Source: Antedon mediterranea
Taxonomy: Eukaryota > Animalia > Echinodermata
Direction: 5' to 3'
Length of the DNA: 64,000 bases
Assembly (NCBI RefSeq): GCF_964355755.1
Contig: NC_092678.1
Span: forward strand, 19,857,365-19,921,364
In this document: positions 38,771-51,100 of the stretch, in pieces
Layout of the letters: every line of letters starts with the position of its first letter
Position numbering within the stretch: position 1 is the stretch's first letter
Translations under genes and position numbers: made by a program
Notes under the pieces: model-generated
Seen by the model: the letters and a program-made list of their open reading frames with translations, nothing else
The model's database searches: none
What the model was told of the DNA's origin: nothing

Positions 38771-39600
38771 AGCCGGTTAAGTTGGCCCAAACCCGCCTCG
38801 GTCAAAGTCAAGTCGGCCACGCGTCAAGTCGTCAATTGGATAACACACTGCGGCGTTCTGTTGGTCCTTGCATTGATTAAAGAATAATCCATGGTCCTTG
38901 TAACAATACATATCTCTTTATAACATTACTGACGTCATCATACCATCAGTTGTCATCCATTGATGTCACTCCAATATTAAATACTTGAATCAGGCATTAA
39001 AGGTATTATAAATCTACTTCGTTATCTGACGTTGACATGACATTTCATAGAATCATTTGATGATGAGCCGGGACTCGTTAAAGACAAATGCGTGTATGAA
39101 TATAATATGTATAGGCATGTTTAGCAAAATTGGTATTGCTTTACTTTAGTCAATAATAGTAGTCATACTATAATACATAAATTGATGTATCTATGGCTTT
39201 TTATTCTTCTTTATAAATAATGTCAAAATGTAGAATCGCAATCACACAATGAGGTGGATTTTAGTATTATTTTACAGGTGTGTATTCTCCTGCGCGTGCT
39301 GTGGGCTAGGTCAAAGTTTACACAATCGAGCATACAATTATATATTTGCATACACTAGCTGAGCTGTTTCACCCCCAATATACGGTCCTTGGTTGGTAGT
39401 AATATTATGATTGTACGTTGAATAGTGAATCAATTTTCCAGACAGACCTTGAATTCATCAATTATTTCACTACATTTCTTCTACCTTAAAAACTATAACA
39501 TTTTGTTGATGTGTTATGAGTCATAAAGAAGGTTTTTCAAATACTGAAATGTGTAACTTTATGCTGTTGATTTTGTATTGGTTATATGCTACGTATTTTA

Positions 39601-40493
39601 GGGTGTGTAGAAAGCGACGACCTCGAATTGGACGACCCCAACGACCCGGGCGACCTCGAATTGGACGACCTAGAATTGGACGACCCATCACACGAAACCG
39701 ACGACCCCTTTTGCCTAGCCTAGCCTACGCCTAAGTGTGGTAAAACATCCCGAAGCCGAACATAGCCAAAGATCTTTAACCCATACCTTAAAATATATAA
39801 TACTCGCAAGCAAGCAATTGATTGAAAAAATACAGAAATATCGCCATTTGATACTGAATGTGTCGACACGAACAAACGAACAGATATGGAACGCCAAGAG
39901 TGCATCATTAAAACTGCATTCGACATATTAAAAATAAATTAAAAAGAAATAAATATTATACATTACATGGTTAAACCATGGACGTATAATTGAATCTCTT
40001 CTTCTTATAACGAACACTATAGGGCTACCAAGCAGCGTGTTGCGAACATGTGCATGGGGAGGGCCATAAGAAAGCTTTACATTTCACACATGCATTGTAT
40101 ACGGTCAAACCTTACCCGCCGCTGAAAAAGGGGCCGTTTTGACCTGGTTTGCCATGTTTATGATATTTCGTGTGCTAATCGAGTCGAATGAAGTTTTAAT
40201 GATGCACTCTTGGCGTTCCATATCTGTTCGTTTGTTCGTGTCGACACATTCAGTATCAAATGGCGATATTCTGTATTTTTTCAATCAATTGCTTGCTTGC
40301 GATAAGATATGGTTTAAAGATCTTTGGCTATGTTCGGCTTCGGGATGTTATAGGCCTACCACACTTAGGCCTAGGCTAGGCTATAGGGGTCGTCGGTTTC
40401 GTGTTATGGGTCGTCCAATTCTAGGTCGTCCAATTCGAGGTCGCCCGGGTCGTTGGGGTCGTCCAATTCGAGGTCGTCGCTTTCTACACACCC
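39601..40493. mobile_element. MULE/foldback-like MITE (gggtgtgtagaaagcgacgacc family), copy A
   Basis: Long (about 300 bp) imperfect TIRs with subterminal cgacctcgaattggacga repeats. 10-bp TSD acgtatttta at 39591-39600 and 40494-40503. Confidence 0.9.
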
Positions 40494-41490
40494 ACGTATT
40501 TTACAACTTGATAGAACCATATACATTTATTTCAAAAATTGCATCAGACAACCTTGAACATTATTTTCTATAACAGACTCAAAATGTCGAATATAAAATT
40601 ATTAATGTGACGTGATGGTCCTAGGCCATACGTTGTCAAAACTCAACAGGTCTCTAAAGCTTGGTGGTTCCCACTAGCGACGCAACGTAACGGCAGCACT
40701 GTTGCGTAGTTGGTTTCCACTTGTGATTACGCAATACATCACTTTTAGTCACGTTACTGCGTTGTGTGGGAACCACGCTTAACCAATAATATTGGTTAAG
40801 CGTGGTTCCCACACAACGCAGTTGTACTATATGATAGTCCTAATTGAGTGTATTATTAAAACGTTGTACAAGGCTTACACAATTTTGTTAGACATAAACC
40901 CAACCTTCATTATGATTTTAGACCATTTTATTTATTCAATAAATTCTTATCTGACTGTCTAAAAATAAGTTTTATTGGTAAAAATTGATGTTACTGTAGA
41001 TGTTGATGGTAGAACAAGACACGCATCTTTTTTATACCTGTATAAAGGTTTTTAGTAGAATGCTAGCTCGATTGGCGAGACGAACATGGTTCAGGGCATT
41101 TTGATTTTCAAAAATGACCAGAAAATAATCTTTTTTTCACTTTCTTTTACAATATTATAGTCTTCAATTCTTTATTACTGCTTATAATATCAATGTGGGT
41201 TAATATATCTTTATTACATTGTGCATTACATTTAAATATATAATATGAATTGAAATGAAGCGTAATAAAATGTAAATACATTTTTCTCCATAAATGAAAT
41301 GACATTTAATTTAATGTGAGATTGAGTCTCGAGCAAAATCTATGGCTTAAAGTAGGCCTAAGATAATTGATCAAATTAACCACAGTATAAAGGCCATCTC
41401 AGACAGCGTTGTACGACGAGGCCCGACGAGAGAAACATGTTTAAAGCTCTCCCGACGACCTGAGACTCGTCTCGTCGGGATTCAACTCAG

Positions 41491-42321
41491 GGGTGTGTAG
41501 AAAGCGACGACCTCGAATTGGACGACCTAGAATTGGACGACCCATAACACGAAACCGACGACCCCTATAGCCTAGCCCTAGGCCTAAGTGTGGTATAACA
41601 TCCCGAAGCCGAACATAGCCAAAGATCTTTAAACCGTACCTTATATAATACTCGCAAGCAAGCAATTGATTGAAAAAATACAGAAATATCGCCATTTGAT
41701 ACTGAATTTATCGACACGCACAAACGAACAGATATGGAACGCCAAGAGTGCATCATTAAAACTGCATTCGACATATTCAAAATAAATTAAAAAAAAATAA
41801 ATATTATTCATTACATGGTTAAACCATGGACGTATAATTACATCTCGTCTTCTTATAAATAACACTATAGGCCTACCAAGCAGCGTGTTGCGAACATGTG
41901 CATGGGGAGGGCCATAAGAAAGCTTTACATTTCACACATGCATTGTATACGGTCAAACCTACCCGCAGCTGAAAGGTGGCCGTTTTGACCTGTTTTGTTG
42001 CCATGTTTATGATATTTCGTGTGCTAATCGAGTCGAATGCAGTTTTATTGATGCACTCTTGCGCGTTCCATATCTGTTCGTGTCGACACATTCAGTATCA
42101 AATGGCGATATTTCTGTATTTTTTCAATCAATTGCTTGCTTGCTTGCGATAAGATATGGTTTAAGATCTTTGGCTATGTTCGGCTTCGGGATGTTATACC
42201 ACACTTAGGCCTACTAGGCCAGGCTATAGGGGTCGCCGGTTTCGTGTTATGGGTCGTCCAATTCGAGGTCGCCCGGGTCGTTGGGGTGGTCCAATTCGAG
42301 GTCGTCGCTTTCTACACACCC
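41491..42321. mobile_element. Same MITE family, copy B, inserted in an older MITE
   Basis: Highly similar to 39601-40493 in the same orientation. The flanks join to form the family seen at 9667-9866. The TSD is not intact. Confidence 0.85.
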
Positions 42322-42421
42322 AGGCAGTACGGACGAGTCAAGACGTATCCTTATGCATCGTAAGTTTCTTTAACATTGAGTGGCTGTCGTACATAATACA
42401 AATGTCTTTAGTTCATTGTTA

Positions 42422-43120
42422 TTACGATTTGTCTATTTTTAAAAGGTATTTCAGTGAAGCGGACTTTAGTCTAAACAACGAAATTGTATCAGGTACAGGC
42501 ATCAAGAACCGTTCCACTTCGGTAAATCCGTATTTCTTGTAGATAGAAATTGCCTTGGAGTTCCCAGCCCCTGTGACAAGACAAATTTCTCTATAACCAT
42601 TGTTTATACAGAATTTGATCGCAGTTTCCATCAGCATAGTTCCAACACCTCTTTTGCGACACAAACTGGAGACGTACAATCTCATGATTTCCGCAGTGTC
42701 ATTTCCAATCTCTTGGACAGCGACAGTTCCTAAGACGACATCACCAGAAACAGCAACTTTATAGCAACAACGTTCCTTCATAACAAAAGTGTTCAAAATA
42801 TTGCTATTTTGTATTCCAATTTGCGTAAACTGATTAAACCAGAGACATTCCAGATATAACCGAATATTAAAACACAACATAAAAACGCTTATTAAGCAAA
42901 TTAGCGAAGATGTCAAATACAACACCAGGCCGCATAAGATATAAGTTATACTCGTGGTAGGTAGAGAAAGATAGGCGAATGAGTGGATTGCCTTGTGAAA
43001 ATATTTTCTGTAATCACCCACCATACCTTCTTCAAATAACTTAAAAGCATCGTTTTCTTCGTTCGGCTTTATATCTCTGACAATGATTTTTTCAAAAGCA
43101 ACTTTCTGTTGTGGATGCAT
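42422..43120 (-). CDS. NAT8/camello-like GNAT N-acetyltransferase (single coding exon), paralogue 1
   Basis: 232 aa from the ATG at 43120 (MHPQQK..). IVRD...LFEEGM start, internal hydrophobic segment, VLGTVAV..AEIMRLYVSSLCRKRGVG acetyl-CoA motif A, N.KAI.IYKKYGF motif B. Confidence 0.85.
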   Translation of the reverse strand: MHPQQKVAFEKIIVRDIKPNEENDAFKLFEEGMVGDYRKYFHKAIHSFAYLSLPTTSITYILCGLVLYLTSSLICLISVFMLCFNIRLYLECLWFNQFTQIGIQNSNILNTFVMKERCCYKVAVSGDVVLGTVAVQEIGNDTAEIMRLYVSSLCRKRGVGTMLMETAIKFCINNGYREICLVTGAGNSKAISIYKKYGFTEVERFLMPVPDTISLFRLKSASLKYLLKIDKS

Positions 43121-44691
43121 TTTCCAAACAGCAGCTTCAATACCAAGTTCTGAATACAAGAATTAAAAGGTAATACCTGTAATTATGTTTGGTCTATGAA
43201 ACATACAACTGAAAACTGGGTTGTCGAGCGATGTTTATATTCTGATATTCATCATAAGATTGATTGGACGTACTGTACGCGCATGCGCAACATTTTACTT
43301 GTTATTAATTGGTTATTTAGATATACTATACATGTAGTGATAATTGCTTTCCTTTGAAGAATGCACTCTTACCCGCACATTCCTATAGAGTTGATGCGAA
43401 GATTAATGTAAGTGTTGCATGGTGAGTTATCATAAACAGTTAAACAATTAATCGTAAAATAATATACACTGTCACACATATTCTTTCTGACATTAACCCT
43501 ATGATTTTTTTTATTGTGAAACAACGTAATTAAGGAATATGTAAGTTAATTCCATCTTTGCCATACATCGACATATGTTTTTACAATAAATCGCTCTTTT
43601 AAAAAACCTGTTAAAAAGTGTAAAAATGAATTAAACGATCTTGTATCGTATATATAACCCAAAGCTATAGTATACAATTTGTTTTTTAATTTTATTTCGG
43701 TTTTTTTTTACCCCAAAAGATATAGACGAAATTTAATTAAACCCCTGCAATTTATTTTTTATTTTAATGATATTGATATTTTTATAATTTAATACATTAA
43801 TATTATTTTTTCTTTTGTGGCATCCACCACTTTTATTCAATTTTCATTCAACAATAGCATGTATATTACATAATAAAATCACTGTACAATAATTGTAATC
43901 ATTTACTCATTTATAAATATTAATCATAATAATTTTTTTCTTTAAATCTTTTTTATTAATTGTTTATAAGAAATTATAGAAGTGTAAAAGTATAGGCATC
44001 AATAATATAAATATAAACACGATTTTGACAAGTCCGCGTGTAATGGACTGTACATCATGCACCCATATCCATAAAATATAATTTTTAATATTAATGTACT
44101 ATCTCATCATTTATTTGAGTAATTTTTATTTTACAAGGTTTTAATAGATCATTACTTTAAATGCACATAACATATTATTCTCGCAATACTCAAAAAGGGT
44201 TGCTAGATTTACAGCAATACATTATAGTTTATAAGAATGTGCATAGTACGAACAGATCGAAATAACCGCTGCCACCAAATTATGTCAAACACCGCTGCCA
44301 CCAAATTATGTCAAGAACTCCTATTAGGTATGTTTCTGAGCGGTTGAAAATACTTTAGAAACTCTCTTGTGACATAAAAGTATAAATACAAAATCAAAAA
44401 AGTTGTAAAATAACTAAAAAACAAAGCTTTAATTTCAATCAACTTTCAACAATCCAGTAACCACTTTAAACAACAACTTCACAATAACTTTTACAATCGA
44501 ATATCCAACAACCTTACAATAGTTTTACATCCCTTTATATACAAGATGTTCCTATCCTTCTAGATCGTTCTTTATACTTCTTATTCTATTGGATTACAGT
44601 TTCTATTGATAGCACTTCTGGAATTTTCCTGATTGTTCTTATTAATTATACATGGTTTCTTAAATCAAAACATCTTATTCAAGAATGTTAA

Positions 44692-45236
44692 AGATGTATT
44701 GTCCCTTTGACTAATTCCAAAACAATTTTTTTTTAAAGATTTCGAAAAAAAGTAGGTCATTTTGAAGTTTCATAATAGTTATAAACTTTCACAAAAAATT
44801 AGTCGAAAAAAAATTGTTTAACTGAAATACAGAAGTTTTTTTGTTCAAAAAATAACTTTGACTTCCAGTCAAAGTTTTTGATCAAAACACATCTCATAAT
44901 GCAACGCGCTTGTTTGGCTAATCTGTATGCATAATCATAAAACTTCCTCACGATCTGTGTGAAAACACCTTCTCAACCGTGACAAGTTGTAAACAATCCT
45001 AATTAGCATCATGCATAATGCGTACTCGTGGTTTGAAATCTTTGTTTACTTTTGCTCGCGACGATTTTCCAGATGAAATGTAATCAATCTAATTTACCTG
45101 TTAATTACGTAAACTTGTTGTTTTTGGCTCAAATTGTCGACTTAAAGTGAATAACTTTAATATTACTTTGATATGGCAAATTTAAATTTAGAATATTTTG
45201 ACATTCATTTTTTGTGTTTCAAGGGACAATACATCT
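44692..45236. mobile_element. Kolobok-like MITE between the two GNAT genes
   Basis: TTAA|agatgtattgtccc ... gggacaatacatct|TTAA. A similar solo end lies at about 47436-47452. Confidence 0.8.
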
Positions 45237-45514
45237 TTAAGGAATGGTAATTTATTACAAGTACAACAAAAATAAAATCTGTTCAATATTATTATATCGA
45301 TGTACCTTGCTTAAGCACTGTATGTAATGATATTGATATTATGCTGGTGAAATAAATAAACGAAATAATACGATATTATATAACATTTCATAGCATATGT
45401 AAATATATATTCACTCGAGCAAAATACCATTCCCTCTGGGATGTCAAATCTTATATTACCTCTAAGCACGCAATATCTGTATAATATAATACGCAAATTA
45501 CCGCTGCCACGTTT

Positions 45515-46192
45515 CTATAGTTTCAAGATATACTTTTCTTGAACTGAAATCGGAGTGAAAACGGATGATCTATCAGACGCCGGTATAGACATGGTTTTCG
45601 ATTTATTGAATCCACATTTCCTATAAAACGAAGACGCTTTATTTCCAGCCCCTGTTACGAGTGTGATTTCTGTATATCTAGCTTCAACGCAGAACTTGAC
45701 GGCGGCATCCAGCAACATCTTTCCGACACCATTTCTCTGACAGCTAGCAGAAACGTACATTCTCAAAAGCTCTGCCGTTTCTCTTCCGACTTCTTGCACA
45801 GCAACAGTCCCTACGATGACGTCATCCAAGACAGCCACTTTGTAACAACAGCGGTCGTTAAACAAAAACTCGTTTATACTCGTTTGTAACGCAATTTTAG
45901 TGTACATTTTATACCACAGACTTTCTTGGTACAACCTACACGCGAAACACAGTGAGAAGCACAGGAAAACCCAAAACAACGAAGACGTCAAATGTAACAC
46001 TAGTGCACATAGGATAAAAGTAAACAGAGTGGTAGGCAGCGATATATATTTAAATGAATGAACTGTGTTGTAGAAATAAGTCGTATAGTCCACCATTCCT
46101 TCTGTAAACAACTTTTTTGTACATTCAACGTCAAGCGGCTTGACGTCTCTCACGCTTACATTTTCAAGACTCATTTTCGGTCGCGGAGACAT
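45515..46192 (-). CDS. NAT8/camello-like GNAT N-acetyltransferase (single coding exon), paralogue 2
   Basis: 225-aa ORF collinear with paralogue 1 (SLPTT, RLY.E.LW, RCCYKVAV, GTVAVQE, LVTGAGN), with motif A LRMYVSASCQRNGVG. Confidence 0.88.
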   Translation of the reverse strand: MSPRPKMSLENVSVRDVKPLDVECTKKLFTEGMVDYTTYFYNTVHSFKYISLPTTLFTFILCALVLHLTSSLFWVFLCFSLCFACRLYQESLWYKMYTKIALQTSINEFLFNDRCCYKVAVLDDVIVGTVAVQEVGRETAELLRMYVSASCQRNGVGKMLLDAAVKFCVEARYTEITLVTGAGNKASSFYRKCGFNKSKTMSIPASDRSSVFTPISVQEKYILKL

Positions 46193-47645
46193 TTCACAAC
46201 AAAACTGGTTTTGTATTATCTACTCTCAAACGATTAAAAACAATGTTCTCTATAGTGAAAGTAATAATCAAGTTTCACTCCTATACTCCTTGCTATAAAC
46301 TTATGAACACTATTAATTATAATGACAGGCTTATACAGTAATTTTGAAATAAAATAATATGAATCGAACGTTCAACCAATGATCGACATTATCCAGTATA
46401 TACGGACCACCAGCCTTAAAATACAAGTTACAAATATACGATAAAAATATAATTTAGGTCAACATGAACAAAGATACAATTGGTGAAATCGCATACGCTT
46501 AGGCCTACAATTATTTATACATTTGGAGAGTTGTTGTGCTATTGTGTTTTTGTCTGTGGATTTACAAGTAGGCCTATTATTTAAAAAGCTTCGTCGGAAT
46601 TATAGCACATACAAAATTAAATTTCTTTTAGTTGATCGAGTGACAGAAAATGATGATAGGCCTATTTATAGCCTACAATATTTACTTCACGTGTCAATCT
46701 CTACGGTAAAGTGACAGCGCACATCATTAATAAAACTTAACTACGTTTAAAAACGTTTCTTTCAAAAACTCATGACCTCACAATATGTTTGTAAAAAAAA
46801 TGTTACAATGGCTTTTTAGTACCCGTATTTTGAAAAATGTTTATGCGTTAGATTTTTTAACGTAAAAAACGAAGTACCGTCATATGTATGTAATGAAGAT
46901 GAGGCGGTGCGGCATTTCCCGTTGAAGAATATTTTAATGTTTGGTTAATGAGGAAAGATGACTTTGTTTTTATCACACAAGACACACATATGCTTGCCGA
47001 CAACTTGTATAACACGAATTCTTCTCAATAATACAATGGCAAGTCATACTGAAACAAAGAAAAACAAATACAGACGTGACCTACTTTGTAAATTTTATAC
47101 CTAACGACTTGATTTATGAGTTCTGATAGTTGAAAGATATATGGTCATTTGGCAATGACATTTTTTTTTTACATTTTGTTGTTGAATAAGCCATTTTATG
47201 TCACATAATAGTTATTCACTTTGACCAAAAATTTGATCGGCATAAAAACTATTTACCTGAAAAACTGTAATATAAAAGAAAAACATAGTCAAATTTTCTG
47301 TTAGACAATTGTGTTTTTGGTCTTTTGAGATTTTCATTCTTTGTTTTTTTTCCTGTGGAATTGAATAACTTCATTAAAACTGCAAATGGCCTAGTAAAAG
47401 TCAGATTTTATATACCTTTATTTTTCATGATTTTGGAGAACAATACATCTTTACAACTATCATATTATTAAAAAAAAAACACACAACAGAAATTAAAAAC
47501 ATAATTTTGGTTTAAACTGCATGCAGAAGTTTCTTTTTTTTTCTTGGGTGGATTGTTCGGTGGTATGTGGTGGGTGGCCCGAGATTTAAAACATTATTTT
47601 GATTAAATTATGCAAATCAATCATTTGCATACTATACGTCACATA

Positions 47646-47975
47646 TTGATAGATGTATTGATAAGAGCTGGAGTGTGCAGGAAACTACTGAAGGATATTA
47701 GGATTAGACAGATGAGATTCATGGGACATGTGTTGATCAGGAAGGGAGGTCTGGAGAACTTGGCATTAACTGGGAAAATAAAAGGAAGAAGGAGCAGGGG
47801 GAGAAAAAGAGTCACTTGGTTGGCCAGCATAGCTGAATGGATTCGGAATAGAAGCGTGAATACCAAAGAAATGGAGTTGCTGAACATGGCAATAGACAGA
47901 GAATTGTGGCACAACATGATCGCCAAAGTCTCATGATATGGCACTTCGAGAGATCTGAGAGAGAGAGAGAGAGAG
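47646..47975 (+). mobile_element. 5'-truncated RTE-clade LINE 3' end
   Basis: Encodes IRIRQMRFMGHVLIRKGGLENLALTGKIKGRRSRGRKRVTW..DRELW, typical of the RTE ORF C-terminus. (GA)n tail. TSD acgtcacata at 47636-47645 and 47976-47985. Confidence 0.85.
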
Positions 47976-48157
47976 ACGTCACATACTATTAATGGTGGCG
48001 CTATTGCTGATAGCATGTGGCGTGTAGAGAGGTGGTGGCCAAGGCCATCTCTCTCTATCATCTGTAGCTTGTTTTGTATCCAGCTAGCACGGAATTGCGC
48101 TGGGGCCACACGATGAACGGACCGGTAGTACGGAGGCCTAGCGAATCAATCATTGAA

Positions 48158-51100
48158 ATGAGAACCGAAAAGTTACTAATTAGAAATGCTAAACAAATAG
48201 TTTTGGTTTGTAATAATAAAGAGAGAGTTTTATGTGGTGAAGCTATGAAAAATCCAGTTATTCTAGAACAAAACAGTGGCAGCAATGGTATTAGCCTGGT
48301 TATCGGAAGGTAACGTTTCGCACGCACGCAATTCAACAAGGGGGTGACAGTCAGACAACGGCCCGGGACGATTCGGCTCTGGGACTAGACGAGACATAGG
48401 TCTAGACGAGACATTTTTTGTATCATTTGTATACATTTAATACTATCATTTGTATACAATTATTAATATTATTTATATAGGCCTAGCCATTCATTCAAAT
48501 TCATAGATACTAGGCCTTCATCCATGCTATTTATTGTAGCTAGTCCGACTTTAGTCGGATTCCCCTTTAGTCCTATAAGTATAATAAGGCCCTATCTAGA
48601 GTACTACTACTATAATAATACAATATTTAATTTAAAATAATGTATTGACTATTGATGGCATTTTAGTTGCTACTGGGCTAGTAATAGGGCCTTGTCTACA
48701 CATGGAGGTATCCTCCATCATATTCATGGTCTACATTTATAATATTGATTGGTTATACTTCGAATTGTCTGGCCCAGGCCTACCTACTAATAAGGCAGAC
48801 AGGTCTTGTCTACCTACAGACAAGGCCGGCCGGCCTACATTCTGTCATTGTCTCATGATGTAAAATTTAATTTAAAATATCTCTTTATTTCTATTCAGTG
48901 ATGGTTTGATAAAAGGAATTGGAAGTACAGCCACACTAACGAAAGGCGTGCGTTTTAACAAGATTATAGATGCCACGGGAAAATGTGTTATACCAGGTAT
49001 AATAAAACAATTTTGATAAAAATGATAAATATTGTATTTTCTCTTTTCTCATATAAACTTTGCCTTCAATTAGCAGCTGTACCAAATCATTAATTCCATC
49101 ATGAAAAAATTCTATGATATTAACAACATACTAATGGGTTCATGTCCTGTCATATGTCAGGATTTGTTCTCATGACAATTTGCAACTCCACTCCCAAAGA
49201 CTTGTAATAAGTCTTTGATTTTGTAGAGCATCTTATGTTTATGTTTGTCGTGTGAACAGGAGAGCCACCTTTGAGAGAAGGACAGTGATTGAGTTCACTT
49301 GTGGTTATCCTTACCAATTTGCCTAAAATTAAAAATAATAATATATAATTTATTTTAAAGGTTTGGTCGATGGGCACACGCATCCAGTGTGGGCAGGTGA
49401 TAGAGTGCATGAATTTTCGTTAAAGGTAAACATCTCTAACTATATATCTCTAACCATGGAAACTTAAATCATACTTATACAAATTATTAAATTATTTGTT
49501 TATTTTATTTAATTTTTATCCAGCTCGCAGGTGCCTCATATATGGACGTTCACAAAGCTGGGGGCGGTATTAACTTTACAGTAGAACACACGCGGAAAGC
49601 GACAGAAAAAGAGCTATATGCTTCACTTAAACAACGCTTAAACGGAATGCTTCGCTGCGGCACGACATTAGTGGAATGCAAGAGTGGATATGGCCTGAAC
49701 ACCGAGACGGAAATTAAGATGCTAAAGGTGATTCAGAAGGCAAAAAAAGAAATGGCGATTGATATATCAAGCACTTTTTGTGGCGCACACTCAATTCCAA
49801 GGTAGGATTTTATAATGTAATGTTGTTTGTTTGTTTGTTTTATCTTTATACTGGGTGACCTCTTCAGTCAAAGACTGATCTCCCAGAGTATGGAACGCCT
49901 CCTCTGCCTTCAGTTCACATTTATCATGCAGTACACACCAATCGTCATGCAGTACACACCAATGGTCATGCAGTACACACCAATGGTCATGCAGTACACA
50001 CCAATCGTCATGCAGTACACACCAATCGTCATGCAGTACACACCAAACGTCATGCAGTACACACCAATCGTCACGCAGTACACACCAATGGTCATGCAGT
50101 ACACACCAATTGTCATGCAGTACACATCAATCGTCGTTCACATTTATCATGCAGTACACACCAATCGTCATGCAGTACACACCAATCGTCATGCAGTACA
50201 CACCAAACATTATGCAGTACACACCAATTGTCATGCAGTACACACCAATCGTCATGCAGTACACACCAATCGTCATGCAGTCAAATATTGCGTAATTTAT
50301 ACCGCCACCTATCGACAAAATCGAATATCACGTGAGGTTTATTAGACGGCTGTAAAACTAAGACTATTTAAACTTCTTTTATGGAATTCAATAATTGCAA
50401 TGGCCTCCTAGCCGCGCCTGTGTCTCGCATAATAAATTATTGTATATATAAAAAACAGAGCATTCACAGAGATGTGTAGCGGTTAAAATAAGTACAGTAT
50501 GTCAAACGGGTGCAGGTCAAGTCGGCCCTAAACCGTCTCGGCCAAAGTCAAGTCGGCCCCAAGTCAACGCGGCCCCAAGTGAACTCGGCCTCACGTCAAC
50601 TCGGCCTCACGTCAACTCGGCCAAAAACTAATCGGTCAACTCGGCCACAATAAAGTATGGAATGCAAAAAGTGCTTAATATTATTATGATTCTTACTATC
50701 CACGCTTAAAAAAAAAATGAATAAAAAAAAAAAATATAATTAAATAATATCATATAAAAAAATGAACTCATTGCCAATATGAATATAAGTACCCGCGTGT
50801 TACAAAAACACGTGCAGGTACCGCATTTTAGTAAATCGAAGACGGAGGCCTACGTTCCACCATTTGGCCATAGAAAAAATGATTGTACATCGTTTTTGTC
50901 CATGATTTGCGTTTAAAAAAAAGGGGAATCCCCCGGTCAGTGAAAACACGTAGCAGTTGTAGATATCGAAAAAGCTGCCAAAGGCGCAGGGAGGCGCAGC
51001 TACGAATTGTTTTCAATTGTGCAATTTAAAATTTTATTAAACGTATTAATAAAGGAAAGTTGGTGAAATCATTCCTATTTTTTTTGCTAATATATTATTG

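Noticed and set aside
39516-42542. Arg/Gly/Pro-rich ORFs (GRPIRGR repeats)
   Set aside because: They derive from the subterminal repeats of the two MITE copies and show no transposase motifs.
43121-43159. ORF-track N-terminal extension of the GNAT from a TTG start
   Set aside because: The region contains a splice acceptor-like ttttaattcttgtattcag, and the ATG at 43120 aligns with the paralogue's start.
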